The notes: a model not told the origin generated them from the letters alone. 64,000 bases of DNA from Candidatus Niyogibacteria bacterium CG10_big_fil_rev_8_21_14_0_10_46_36 (GCA_002772995.1 PFCO01000001.1:244-64243), one strand, 5' to 3'. Positions 47,024 to 57,292 are shown, counted from the first letter of the stretch. Translations and numbers: made by a program.

Positions 47024-48325
47024 TTATTCTTTATTTTTCCATATTTTGCTTTGCCGCACCAGAAGCTTTTCTGCCTTTTTGGGTTCTGCCATAATCTCTT
47101 CAACGGCACGCTCCATCCGCATTGATTGGGAACCTTTTATAAGCACAAGATCGCCCTGTCTGAGTTCGCGTTCCAATATACGCGCAGCATCAACCGAGCG
47201 GTCAAATTCAAAGATATGCTCCGGAGAAAAACTGATTTTTCGCGCCTCATCGGCGATGAAGGCGGCACGCCTCCCGACTGTCATAAGTATAGACACTCCT
47301 TTTAGATGCCTAGCAACAGCACGGTGCGCGTGTTCCGTAAATTTCCCCAACTCAAGCATATCGCCAAGCACCGCAATCTTCCGCTCTGCAGGAATGTCCT
47401 GGAGTACTTCGAGTGCTGCATGCATCGCGTGCGGCGAAGCGTTGTATGTATCATCTAATATCCACGAATCTTTTTCTCCGCGGATGAGCTTAAGCCTCCC
47501 GGGCGGCGCACTGTAATGCTGTATTGATGAAACAATGTCAATAAGATTCATATCGCGCGCGATACCTACCGAAATCGCAGCGAGTGCTGCGTACACCTGC
47601 TGTTTGCCGAACGCTCCGAATATCCGTACCGGAATATTTTTTCCTTTATAGGCAACTTTAAATGCGATGCCCTCGGGGCGCTCTTTCGTCCCTTCTTTTG
47701 CGTACATAATATGATAATGCTCCGCACGGACATGCGCGTCTTCTCCAAAACCGAAGGTAATTACATGAGCGCGCGTTTTCTCGTGCATATCAAGCACCGC
47801 CGCATCATCATAGTTCAACACCGCGGTATCGGTACTGGTAAGAGGCTGGAGCAATTTTGCTTTTTCCCGGGCGACCGCCTCGGGTCCTGAAAAGAATTCG
47901 ACATGCACCGGGACCTCTCCTATCGCAGTCACCACCGCAATATCAGGTTTTGCCGCCGTAATAAACCCGCTGATATCGTTTGGCTTATCGGCTCCTGCCT
48001 CCATGACCAATGTTGTCGGGTATGCCTTATCTCTAAAGAGAATTAATGAAAGACCTGCAAAAAGAATGGATGCCCACCCGAAAAAAGAATACCATGCGCT
48101 TTCCTTGCCGATGACCGTAAGCGGCATGCCGAGTTCGCTGTTATAACTTTTCTCGCTTTTGCGGACACCTCCCCTGCCTTTGAGCACTTCAAAAATGGCA
48201 TCCTTCGCGGATGTCTTACCGACGCTTCCGGTAACTGCGATGATTTCAGGCGAATATTTCTGCAATATTTTTTTTGCCTCCCACGCAAGTATTCGTATAA
48301 CGATATGTTTGAATAATGGTTTCAT
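47024..48325 (-). CDS. murF: UDP-MurNAc-tripeptide--D-Ala-D-Ala ligase (short N-terminus)
   Basis: VTGSVGKTS, SYNSELG.P, DDTYNASP, LGDMLELG, KGS. Confidence 0.92.
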   Translation of the reverse strand: MKPLFKHIVIRILAWEAKKILQKYSPEIIAVTGSVGKTSAKDAIFEVLKGRGGVRKSEKSYNSELGMPLTVIGKESAWYSFFGWASILFAGLSLILFRDKAYPTTLVMEAGADKPNDISGFITAAKPDIAVVTAIGEVPVHVEFFSGPEAVAREKAKLLQPLTSTDTAVLNYDDAAVLDMHEKTRAHVITFGFGEDAHVRAEHYHIMYAKEGTKERPEGIAFKVAYKGKNIPVRIFGAFGKQQVYAALAAISVGIARDMNLIDIVSSIQHYSAPPGRLKLIRGEKDSWILDDTYNASPHAMHAALEVLQDIPAERKIAVLGDMLELGKFTEHAHRAVARHLKGVSILMTVGRRAAFIADEARKISFSPEHIFEFDRSVDAARILERELRQGDLVLIKGSQSMRMERAVEEIMAEPKKAEKLLVRQSKIWKNKE

Positions 48326-48328
48326 AGG

Positions 48329-50026
48329 TTATCTGTCCGGCGGAACTTCATAATAATACAAGAGTGACGAAGTTAAATCTAAAAATGCAGGGCCGAGCGA
48401 ATGTGAGGCGTACTGCACGCCCTTCGGGTCCTGCGTAAACAAAAAAATAAGGAATTCTGGGTCAAATGATGGCGCATACCCGAAAAACGAATGAAGAAAT
48501 CTACCAGAGTATCCGCGCGCACCTATATTGGCAACCTGAGCCGTTCCGGTCTTCGCGGCAACGCTATAGTGTTCCGGCCCCTGCCCGCCTCCAAGAAGCG
48601 CCTTATCAACAACCGTAGTGAGCATCCGTGAAATAGTATGCGAGGCTTCCGCGGATAATATCTGCTTTGGCGGACGCAAATCCTCCTCTGCCCCTTCTAT
48701 GATGTGCGGAGTTACAAGATACCCGCCGTTCGCAAGCGCAGAAGCTGCCCGAACGAACTCAATAGGAGTCACCGCTATACCCTGCCCGAACGATGCCGCC
48801 GCATACTCAATGTCGCGGTTCGTTTCGAGATTTGAGATATCGCCTACCGTTTCAAACGGCAAATCAATATCGGTCTTTGTATCGAATCCATACCGCTCAA
48901 AATAATCAAGGAATTTTTCTTTTCCAATCTGCTGCCCCACAAAGACAGCTCCGGTATTGAGCGACTCATTCAGCACGCCCTGAATATTTGTCCTTCCTCT
49001 CGCCTTCCCGTCGTAATTTGATATCTTCGCGCCATCTATCTCTATGAACCCATAATCAACATATTCGGTTTCAGGGGTCACAACGCCCGCATCGAGCGCT
49101 GCGGCAACCGTGAGCGGCTTAAAGATAGACCCAAGTTCGTAAATGGACGAAACAAGTGGATTTAAGAAGCTTGCGATATCTGCCCCTGCGTACGCATTCG
49201 GATTAAAGTTACTGCGCGCGGCCATCGCGAGTATCTTTCCGGTTTTTGGGTCAATAATAACACCCCCTGCGGTTTCCGGACTGAATTTTTGCACCACATC
49301 GTCCATCGCGCGTTCAAGCATCTGCTGGACTTCGTATTCAATAGTGAGCGTAATATCATCCCCTTCACGCGGAGGAAGAAAAATGCTTTTGCCGATATTT
49401 AAAAAGGTACCGCCGGAAGATGCGATGCCCTCCTGAATTCCCCGCTTCCCCTGGAGTTCGTTGTCGTAAAACCGTTCAATGCCGTATTGACCTGCCTCTT
49501 TCCCGTCGCTTCCGAACCCAAAAAATCCAATCACATGAGAAGCAAATTCTCCAAGCGGATAATAACGCCACTCACGGGACAAAAGCCCTATACCGGGGAT
49601 CTCTTTAACGTCCATCTCTGCGGCAACATCATCTTCAATCCGTGGAATGAGTATTTCGAACGGGTCATCGCGTTTTTGAGCGATAGCAAAAAAACGCTCC
49701 TTATCTATATGTAATAAAACCTTATTGAGCTCCATACTAAGACGGCCGTATGTTTCTTCTGCGTCTTCAATTTTACGGGCGTCTGCGTACAGAAGCCAAC
49801 CGCTTCGGGTGGTAGCAACGGTAATCGTGCTATCGCCGTCATGAACATATACCTCGCCTCTCCTTGGAGAGAGCTCTTGAGAAGCAACCTGTTGGCGCTC
49901 AGCAAGAGACTGGTAGTAATCGGCAGAAATGACTTGTATAAAAAAAAGCTTGACCACAAGCGCTACGGCAAATATGGTCAATGCAACAGTAACGATAACA
50001 AGGCGTCCTCTGATGCTTTTCATCAT
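48329..50026 (-). CDS. ftsI: Class B PBP FtsI
   Basis: SIFK, SLN, KTGTAQ; mraZ-rsmH-ftsL context. Confidence 0.9.
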   Translation of the reverse strand: MMKSIRGRLVIVTVALTIFAVALVVKLFFIQVISADYYQSLAERQQVASQELSPRRGEVYVHDGDSTITVATTRSGWLLYADARKIEDAEETYGRLSMELNKVLLHIDKERFFAIAQKRDDPFEILIPRIEDDVAAEMDVKEIPGIGLLSREWRYYPLGEFASHVIGFFGFGSDGKEAGQYGIERFYDNELQGKRGIQEGIASSGGTFLNIGKSIFLPPREGDDITLTIEYEVQQMLERAMDDVVQKFSPETAGGVIIDPKTGKILAMAARSNFNPNAYAGADIASFLNPLVSSIYELGSIFKPLTVAAALDAGVVTPETEYVDYGFIEIDGAKISNYDGKARGRTNIQGVLNESLNTGAVFVGQQIGKEKFLDYFERYGFDTKTDIDLPFETVGDISNLETNRDIEYAAASFGQGIAVTPIEFVRAASALANGGYLVTPHIIEGAEEDLRPPKQILSAEASHTISRMLTTVVDKALLGGGQGPEHYSVAAKTGTAQVANIGARGYSGRFLHSFFGYAPSFDPEFLIFLFTQDPKGVQYASHSLGPAFLDLTSSLLYYYEVPPDR

Positions 50027-50084
50027 ATTAGTATACCCTGTTTACCTGTATCAAAACATGGTTTAAGAGATAGGCTGGCCACCA

Positions 50085-50390
50085 TCATTGGCCCTGGAAC
50101 GCAACGCTTGATGTACGGGAGAGAAACACGGGTGACGTAATTTTGCTGAAGCCATCGGATGCAAGCTCCTCGGAAATATGAAATGACTCAAGCGCAGTGA
50201 TATACCGCTGCTGTTCTTTCTGGAATGTTTGTTCTTGCGCGACTATCCTGTCTTCTGCGTGATCGAGCGCATATGACATATGTACGGACAAGTACATGAA
50301 AAACATATATAGCACAAGTAAGCATGCTGTGGCCGTTATGCTTGTCCAGAATATAAATCGTGTATGGAATGAAATATAGGTTCTTTGCAT
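50085..50390 (-). CDS. FtsL-like bitopic protein
   Basis: TM plus short coiled coil between rsmH and ftsI. Confidence 0.6.
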   Translation of the reverse strand: MQRTYISFHTRFIFWTSITATACLLVLYMFFMYLSVHMSYALDHAEDRIVAQEQTFQKEQQRYITALESFHISEELASDGFSKITSPVFLSRTSSVAFQGQ

Positions 50391-50391
50391 G

Positions 50392-51270
50392 TTATCTTTT
50401 TTCTATAACGCGTAATTTTGCCGAACGCGCGCGTGGGTTTTTTTGTATCTCTTCTTCGCGTGGCAATATTGGTTTTTTTGTATGGAGAATGAAATCATCG
50501 TCCTTTGCCCATGCCCGGAATGTATGCTTGGCAATGCGGTCTTCAAGCGAATGGAACGTAATAACCAAAATTCTTCCATGTACTGCAATCATCCGTTTCG
50601 CGTCCGCAAGACCTTCTTCGAGTGCACGCAGTTCATCGTTCACTGCAATACGCAACGCCTGAAATGTTTTCGTTGCAGGGTGTATCCGTTTTGAGTGAAA
50701 CCGTTTCGGGATAGCTGATTCCACAATGGCAACAAGGTTGAGCGTCGTATGTATCGGAGACTTCGCGCGAGCTTCAACTATTCGTTTCGCGATACGCCGC
50801 GCAAAGCGTTCTTCTCCGTACGTTTTTAATACTTCCGTAAGCTTTTCCTCGTTCCAGGAGTTCACCGCGTTCTCTGCAGTAAACGAACCATGAATGTCAT
50901 AGCGCATATCGAGCGGCTCATCTTTCCGGAAAGAAAATCCCCTTCCCGAGTCTTCTAGCTGAATGGAACTCATACCAAGATCAAATAAAATGCCGTCCGC
51001 TTTTTTGATAACAGGCGACGCAAGCTCTTCCAGACGGGAAAAATTACCATACACCGCATGAAAGCGTTCGTCCCCTTTCATACGGACCCGCGCCCGCGCG
51101 ACCATGTCCTGGTCTTGATCAATCCCCACATACACTCCGCGCTTCGGCAGTAGATCAAGGATTGCTCTTGCGTGTCCTCCCCCATCAAGCGTCCCATCAA
51201 TAATGCGTGCTCTTTTCTGTGGTTCTAATATGTCTATGACTTCTTGTAAAAAAACTGATACGTGCTCCAT
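50392..51270 (-). CDS. rsmH: 16S rRNA m4C1402 methyltransferase
   Basis: DGTLDGGGH, DLGMSS, PLDMR, FHSLEDR, RARSAKLR. Confidence 0.97.
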   Translation of the reverse strand: MEHVSVFLQEVIDILEPQKRARIIDGTLDGGGHARAILDLLPKRGVYVGIDQDQDMVARARVRMKGDERFHAVYGNFSRLEELASPVIKKADGILFDLGMSSIQLEDSGRGFSFRKDEPLDMRYDIHGSFTAENAVNSWNEEKLTEVLKTYGEERFARRIAKRIVEARAKSPIHTTLNLVAIVESAIPKRFHSKRIHPATKTFQALRIAVNDELRALEEGLADAKRMIAVHGRILVITFHSLEDRIAKHTFRAWAKDDDFILHTKKPILPREEEIQKNPRARSAKLRVIEKR

Positions 51271-51271
51271 A

Positions 51272-51706
51272 TTAATACGCACCTATCTCTCCCAGCTTCT
51301 CGGCAAGCACATCCGTCTGCTTTTCTATATTTGATCTGTATTCATTCCATCGGCTCTCATCCCATATCTCAAGGCGCTTATACACGCCCGTAATGACTAC
51401 CTTTGTGCTAAGTCCGGCATACTCTTTCAAGTAATCCGGAATTAATATTCGTCCAAGCGCATCGGTGGATGTCTCCGATGCCCCCGCTAAAAACAGCCGT
51501 ACGAAATTTCTGGTATCAGCCTGTCCCGTGGGGAGTTCCGCAAGTTTTTCCGCAACTTCCGCCCATTCTTTTCCCGAGTAGACGAAAAGGCAGCGATCAA
51601 GCCCGCGGGTGATAATCGCCTTCTTCCCGAGCTCCTTCCTGAATTTTGAAGGGAGCGCTACGCGCCTTTTGACGTCTAATGTGTGCTGGAATTCTCCAAT
51701 AAGCAT
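51272..51706 (-). CDS. mraZ: Division/cell wall cluster transcriptional repressor MraZ
   Basis: DVKRRVALP, DALGRILIP, LEIWD. Confidence 0.96.
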   Translation of the reverse strand: MLIGEFQHTLDVKRRVALPSKFRKELGKKAIITRGLDRCLFVYSGKEWAEVAEKLAELPTGQADTRNFVRLFLAGASETSTDALGRILIPDYLKEYAGLSTKVVITGVYKRLEIWDESRWNEYRSNIEKQTDVLAEKLGEIGAY

Positions 51707-51768
51707 AAAAATCGCTATCTTTCCCCTAAAAAATAGGCTCTATTAAAGGGTTTTTTGAGTTATTAACA

Positions 51769-51851
51769 TTATCCACAGGTTTTTCCACAATCTACCACTT
51801 TAATATAATTTTATACCACATCAATATATTTCACAACCATAGTTATCCACA
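51769..51851. promoter_or_regulatory. Cluster of DnaA-box consensus matches and GTGG (MraZ-type) boxes
   Basis: TTATCCACA 51769 and 51843, TTTTCCACA 51781; CCAC at 51773, 51785, 51795, 51816, 51847. Confidence 0.65.
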
Positions 51852-51923
51852 GCAAGCTCTATAGCAGCAAAACCTCAATAATAAAGGAGTATAATAGAGG
51901 TATTACCAACTAATAGCATCTAT

Positions 51924-52076
51924 ATGCCGATAAAAGACGATTTTATCTCGCGCGAAAACACACGGTATCGGTTCAAGCTTGGAACCGTTATTGCATCCTC
52001 CCTCTCCGGCTTTATCGCAGGAGCATTGGTCGCAAGTATAGCTTGGCTACTTTTCATCATTACAGGGAAAATTTAA
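51924..52076 (+). CDS. Small single-TM protein (50 aa) absent from the ORF track
   Basis: MPIKDDFISRENTRYRFKLGTVIASSLSGFIAGALVASIAWLLFIITGKI; TATAAT upstream, terminator downstream. Confidence 0.7.
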   Translation: MPIKDDFISRENTRYRFKLGTVIASSLSGFIAGALVASIAWLLFIITGKI

Positions 52077-52091
52077 CCTGTTCTCAATACG

Positions 52092-52124
52092 AAAAACCTT
52101 CCGGAATATTCCGGGAGGTTTTTT
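52092..52124. terminator. Bidirectional terminator
   Basis: aaaaaccttccggaa-ta-ttccgggaggttttt. Confidence 0.75.
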
Positions 52125-52141
52125 CTTTTTGTATAAATATG

Positions 52142-53605
52142 TTATCGCGGGCGCAGCGTCGGGAAAAGCACCACCTCTCTGATATTGCGCTGGTCAGTAA
52201 AGAGCATCACTAGCCTATCAATACCAATACCAAGACCTGCTGCCGGCGGCATGCCGTACTCAAGAGCCTCTAAAAATTCTTCATCCATCCGGGTCACCTC
52301 GTCGTCTCCTGCGGACAGCGCAGCCTCTTGCGCGCGGAATCGCTTTTCTTGTTCTATGGGATCGTTTAATTCTGAGAAACCATTTGCAATCTCAAGCCCC
52401 CCGATAATCAATAGGTACCGGTCAGCAATGCTTTTTTTGTCGGGATACGCTTTTGCAAGCGGAGAGATGTCTTGCGGGATGTCTACAATAAATGTTGGCT
52501 GGATAATCTTCGGGCGGCATACTTTTTTGAATATCTCGTCGGCAATCTTTCCTTTTGTTTTTTCTCCTTTGCTGTCTACCCCTAATTGGCGCGCACGGAG
52601 TCCAAGCTCATTTTCTGAAATAGCATCATAATCAGGAATAAGCGCGAAACGCTTCAGTGTTTCTGCAAATGATACTCGTTCAAATTTTTTCGTGAATGAT
52701 ATCTTTTCTTCCCCATATACAAACGGTGCTCCTTTGTGTGCCTGTTTTACAAGACTCTTAAAAAGAGTTTCAAGAAATACCATGTGGGATGAAGCGTTTT
52801 TGAACGCTTCATACAGCTCAAGCATGGTAAATTCGGGGTTATGCGTCATGTCTATCCCCTCGTTCCGGAAATTGCGCCCTATTTCATAGACCTTGGGTAT
52901 CCCACCCACAAGCAAGCGCTTCAAGTATAGCTCCGGCGCTATGCGAAGATAAAAATCATGGTCAAGCGCTCCGTGGTGCGTAACAAACGGCCGTGCGAGC
53001 GCTCCTCCTGCGACAGGATGCAAAAGGGGTGTTTCCACCTCCATAAATCCATCCTTATCCAAAAGCCGACGCAACGATCCAATAATATCTGAGCGCATAG
53101 AAAAACGCGCACGGACTTCTTTGTTCATCAAAAGATCAAGATACCGTTTTCGAAAACGCTCCTCAACATCCTGGAGTCCATGCCACTTTTCAGGCAATGG
53201 GCGAATAGATTTTGAGAGCATAATCCACGACGCACAAAGTATGCTTTTTTCTTTCTTTTTTGTGATAAACGCCGTTCCTTCGACGGCAATAATGTCTCCG
53301 ATATCTGCCGTTTCCATAAAACGAGCGAACTCCCCCTTCTTCATCTCATCAAGCTTACCGAATATCTGGAATGTCCCCGTGCCGTCATAGAGATCCGCAA
53401 AAAATGATTTCCCATGTTCACGGAATGCGACAATGCGTCCTGCAATGCTTATTTTTTTGCTTTTTTTATATTTAGCAAAAGAGTCCCGAAGTGTTTCGAG
53501 GGATACAAACAGCTCTCCGTCCCGCGGGTATGGAGAGCGCCCCGATTGTATGATTGACTCGCGCTTCTGAAGACGCGAGTCGCGGATTTCTTCAAGAGAA
53601 GACAT
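52142..53605 (-). CDS. lysS: Lysyl-tRNA synthetase (class II)
   Basis: LPEKWHGL, RIAPELYLK, FRNEG, HNPEF, YGMPP..GIGIDR. Confidence 0.98.
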   Translation of the reverse strand: MSSLEEIRDSRLQKRESIIQSGRSPYPRDGELFVSLETLRDSFAKYKKSKKISIAGRIVAFREHGKSFFADLYDGTGTFQIFGKLDEMKKGEFARFMETADIGDIIAVEGTAFITKKKEKSILCASWIMLSKSIRPLPEKWHGLQDVEERFRKRYLDLLMNKEVRARFSMRSDIIGSLRRLLDKDGFMEVETPLLHPVAGGALARPFVTHHGALDHDFYLRIAPELYLKRLLVGGIPKVYEIGRNFRNEGIDMTHNPEFTMLELYEAFKNASSHMVFLETLFKSLVKQAHKGAPFVYGEEKISFTKKFERVSFAETLKRFALIPDYDAISENELGLRARQLGVDSKGEKTKGKIADEIFKKVCRPKIIQPTFIVDIPQDISPLAKAYPDKKSIADRYLLIIGGLEIANGFSELNDPIEQEKRFRAQEAALSAGDDEVTRMDEEFLEALEYGMPPAAGLGIGIDRLVMLFTDQRNIREVVLFPTLRPR

Positions 53606-53664
53606 GCGAAAAACAATTAACTTGCGCCGTTAACCGCTACTGCAGAGCTGCAAGAGTATATTCA

Positions 53665-54162
53665 TTATACAATATCAACGACGGTGTAATCCACCGCCCC
53701 TCCGGGGGTGGACACTTTTACTGTTTGGCCTTTTTTGGCGCCCAAAAATGCGCGCCCCATAGGCGATTCGTTTGATATCTTGCGGGAGACCGGATCTGCT
53801 TCTTCTGACCCCACAACCGTGTATTCCAGAGTTGCCCCGGTATCATGACGCTTTACGACAATAGTCGACCCAATAGCGACATCAAAAGTAGATACCGCCT
53901 TTTGGATAAGCACTGTGCGGCTTAATTTATCTTCAAGTTCCGCGATGCGGGCTTCGTTATTTTCCTGCATGGTCTTTGCTTCGGCATATTCGGAGTTTTC
54001 GGATAGATCCCCAAGGCTTTTTGCGTATTCTAAGCGTTTTGCTATCTCTTGCCGTTTTTCGGTGCGCAAATTTTCGAGCTCTTGTTTGAGCCGCTTAAAC
54101 CCTGCTTCGCTTAAGTATTCGAAGTTGCTGTCTTCCTTTTGATTGTCTGAAAGTATCTCCAT
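53665..54162 (-). CDS. greA: Transcription elongation factor GreA
   Basis: GDLSENSEY, ISNESPMG. Confidence 0.96.
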   Translation of the reverse strand: MEILSDNQKEDSNFEYLSEAGFKRLKQELENLRTEKRQEIAKRLEYAKSLGDLSENSEYAEAKTMQENNEARIAELEDKLSRTVLIQKAVSTFDVAIGSTIVVKRHDTGATLEYTVVGSEEADPVSRKISNESPMGRAFLGAKKGQTVKVSTPGGAVDYTVVDIV

Positions 54163-54171
54163 AAGCACTCT

Positions 54172-54199
54172 ATTATACGCATGCGGAAACTTTTGTCAA
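54172..54199 (-). promoter_or_regulatory. Sigma70 promoter of greA
   Basis: TTGACA-N16-TATAAT, 9 nt before ATG. Confidence 0.75.
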
Positions 54200-54342
54200 G
54201 CCCCCCCCGTAGACACCCCGTGCATGCTGTAGTACGCGCGGGAAAGATGATAAAGTTTTATGTTCTTGATTTTATGTTCCCTGCCCCCGAAGGTCAACTG
54301 GAAACTGTGAATAAGTGCCCTGCCTTTTTCAGTGCGTTCCTA

Positions 54343-56196
54343 TTATTTTACATATTCCGGCATGTGCTGGATGAACCACTGCATAAATGTCCTTGAGACA
54401 GACGCTGCTCCGACCAAATTAGTCTCGCTTCCGCTCTCTAATACAACCGTCATCGCAACATGCGGATCATTAAGGGGAGCGTATCCCATAATCCACGAAT
54501 TCACTCTGCCATTTCCAATCTCTGCCGTCCCCGTTTTTGCACCGAAATCAACACCAAGCCCTGCAAGAGCTTGAGCCGTGCCCCCGGGCTTTGCCGCAAG
54601 CGCCATCCCCTCCTGGATGATAGAAAAGTCCTCATCCAGAACGACGACATCAGGCAGCGGGTACGCAGTGACAACTGAGCGTGCTTCATCGGGTTCTTCC
54701 ACAAAGTGAAGATCAGGGACTTTCCCATGTTCAGCAAGCATAGAAACAAAGCGTGCTACCTGTATCGGTGTCACTTGCAAGTTATTCTGCCCTATACTGA
54801 AGTGATATGTATCTCCTATTCTCCACTCTTCAGCATGTTCCGGCGACGGAACCATGCCTCTTGCCTCATCAATGCCTGAAAATACAGGTTCTCCAAACCC
54901 GAAGAGTTTTGCGTATCGCTCAATAGCACTCGCACCAATGCCTTCCTGATTACCGTATCCGCCCCCGATTGTATAGAAATACACATCCGATGAAACGGCG
55001 ATGGCGCGAACCATGTCAACCCAGCCATGCGCTTTCCAGTCACGAAATATACTCGGCTGGTCAGGGAAATACGGATTTGGCACAGAAATGCTCCCGGAGC
55101 TGAATATCTCTTTTTCCGGAGAAATAATCCCCTTATCAAGCGCGGCGAGCGCTACAATAGGCTTAAAGATAGACCCCGGGATATAAGTACCGTTAAATAC
55201 TCTAGCAAAAAATGGCGCATGCGGATCGTTATTCAGCCGTGAAAATTCCTCCTGTGAGATTCCGTGAGAAAAATTATTCAGATTGAATTCAGGATAGCTG
55301 GTCATCGCAAGTATTTCTCCCGTACGCACATCCACTACCACCCCTGCCCCGCCATGGAAACCGTACTGTTCTACAACATCGCCAATCGCAGAATATAATT
55401 TTGATTGCGCGTCGGCATCAATAGTAAGCGTTAGCGCCTCCCCGTTTTCTGCCTCTTGCTGAAGACTCTCGGAAACAATGTTATTTTTTGCATCCGTCTC
55501 AACCAAACGCACACCATCCACTCCCCGCAATAATAAATCATAATACTTTTCTACACCGGTTTTGCCCGATTTTGTAGCACTGCTCGGCTCATCGCTTGAA
55601 CGACCCACATATCCAAGCAGATGCGAAAAGCCACTTCGGTCAGTATAGGTGCGGGCAGAGGAGGCTTCTATACGGAATGGCACTGCAGGAAAGGCTTCGA
55701 TAAACCGTTCCGCGCTCTCCCATGAAAGATCATCAATAATGACAGCTGGCGCATCAGATGCTTTTTCAAACGCATCAAATGAAAATTTGGGGAAGAATTG
55801 CACACGAAGCGCGTCAGGAATTTGTTCAAGCGCATCTTTTTTGTCTGCATCAATAACTATTTTAAAACGAGCCTCATTCCATGCGAGCTCTTCACCGTTT
55901 CTGTCATAAATAATCCCCCGTTCGGGAGATAAAACATGCTTATCGAAACTGTTGAAGAACGCACGCTCCCGGAATGTTGCACCATGGCTTATCTGGAGAT
56001 TCCACAACTTGCCAAGCATGATGAACGAAATTATCGCAAAGAACAGAAAAACAAAAAGCGCGACACGCCTGCTTAACAGCATAACGAGCCGCCCTTCCAT
56101 TTGATTACGATCAAATCCAGGAAGATTTTTTGAATCAAGAAAAATTTCATCAGGAGACAGTTCAAGCGTTTTTTTTCTCTTTTTTGCAAACATCAT
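54343..56196 (-). CDS. mrdA: Penicillin-binding protein 2
   Basis: RGIIYDRNG, PGSIFK, SSDVYFY, KTGTAE. Confidence 0.9.
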   Translation of the reverse strand: MMFAKKRKKTLELSPDEIFLDSKNLPGFDRNQMEGRLVMLLSRRVALFVFLFFAIISFIMLGKLWNLQISHGATFRERAFFNSFDKHVLSPERGIIYDRNGEELAWNEARFKIVIDADKKDALEQIPDALRVQFFPKFSFDAFEKASDAPAVIIDDLSWESAERFIEAFPAVPFRIEASSARTYTDRSGFSHLLGYVGRSSDEPSSATKSGKTGVEKYYDLLLRGVDGVRLVETDAKNNIVSESLQQEAENGEALTLTIDADAQSKLYSAIGDVVEQYGFHGGAGVVVDVRTGEILAMTSYPEFNLNNFSHGISQEEFSRLNNDPHAPFFARVFNGTYIPGSIFKPIVALAALDKGIISPEKEIFSSGSISVPNPYFPDQPSIFRDWKAHGWVDMVRAIAVSSDVYFYTIGGGYGNQEGIGASAIERYAKLFGFGEPVFSGIDEARGMVPSPEHAEEWRIGDTYHFSIGQNNLQVTPIQVARFVSMLAEHGKVPDLHFVEEPDEARSVVTAYPLPDVVVLDEDFSIIQEGMALAAKPGGTAQALAGLGVDFGAKTGTAEIGNGRVNSWIMGYAPLNDPHVAMTVVLESGSETNLVGAASVSRTFMQWFIQHMPEYVK

Positions 56197-57260
56197 ACTC
56201 CTGCCTTCCCAATAAGCACAATGACCATGCCGATAAGCGCGCACACGATGCCCACCACCCAAAACCGCATAGTGACCTTATGCGCGGGCCATCCCTTTGC
56301 TTCAAAATAATGATGAATTGGCGCTACCAAAAAAAGCTTTCGTCCAAACGCCCGTCTCCATAAAAGCTGCAGTGCGGAGGAAAGCGCAGCAACAACAAGA
56401 GGAAACGCTATAAGCGGAAGCAGAAGAACGCTTTTCGTAAGAAACGCGATAACGGTAAGCACAGTTGAAAGGCCCATCATGCCCGTCTCTCCCAGATAGA
56501 AACGCGCAGGTGGTATATTGAACCATAAAAAAGCAAGCAAGGCGCCCACAAGAACCCCTGTGAATGCCGCTATGTCTATCTGATTTTGAAAGAATGCTAT
56601 GCCACCAAGTGCCGCAAAAGAAGCCGCCAAAGTACCCGCGGCAAGACCATCAAGCCCGTCGATAACCCCGCCTGAAAATGTAGCAATCATCACAAATACA
56701 AATACCACAGGAAAGAGAATCCCTAAGCTAAGCTCCCCCACAAACGGCACAAACAGCGACGAAACATCAAGCTTTACATAAAACCAATATGCACCAATTG
56801 CGGCTATAAGCACAATAAGCGCTAAACGGCGGGTGAAACGGATGCCGCCTGCAATATACTTGCCACGCCCGAACACCTGGAATATATCGTCCGCAAGCCC
56901 CACCAGAGACGCAGCAACCAGGGTAAAAAGCGGGAGCCATGTCTGTGTCCTGCTTACAAAATTCAATTTATCTAACAGCCACGACTGTGGGAATAAAACC
57001 GAAAGCACAAAAAAAACAAGACTTACAAAAAGCACAACGCCCCATACGAGTATCCCGCCCATGCGCGGAACATTGCGCTCCCGTTCTGCATGAAGACGCG
57101 CGAATATCGGTGTTGGCGCGCCGTCGGGTGCAAACTGACGCACCTCTTTGCGCCATAATTTGTATTTATATAAGTAATGAGACAGTATCGGCGTTACAAG
57201 TATCCCGATAAAGAATGCAAGTGTCGTAAGGCCGAATACTTTTAATACATTAAGAATCAT
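56193..57260 (-). CDS. mraY: Phospho-MurNAc-pentapeptide transferase
   Basis: PRMGG, GLADD, DGLDGL, PPARFYLGETG, APIHHYFE. Confidence 0.93.
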   Translation of the reverse strand: MILNVLKVFGLTTLAFFIGILVTPILSHYLYKYKLWRKEVRQFAPDGAPTPIFARLHAERERNVPRMGGILVWGVVLFVSLVFFVLSVLFPQSWLLDKLNFVSRTQTWLPLFTLVAASLVGLADDIFQVFGRGKYIAGGIRFTRRLALIVLIAAIGAYWFYVKLDVSSLFVPFVGELSLGILFPVVFVFVMIATFSGGVIDGLDGLAAGTLAASFAALGGIAFFQNQIDIAAFTGVLVGALLAFLWFNIPPARFYLGETGMMGLSTVLTVIAFLTKSVLLLPLIAFPLVVAALSSALQLLWRRAFGRKLFLVAPIHHYFEAKGWPAHKVTMRFWVVGIVCALIGMVIVLIGKAGV

Positions 57261-57292
57261 ACTTGTTACTTTTTATTATATCGCATGCGCCA

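Noticed and set aside
54200-54342. Spacer between mrdA and greA with a 10-bp direct repeat (ttttatgttc) and one DnaA-box match at 54306
   Set aside because: Too short and isolated to exceed chance; no convincing fold or ORF
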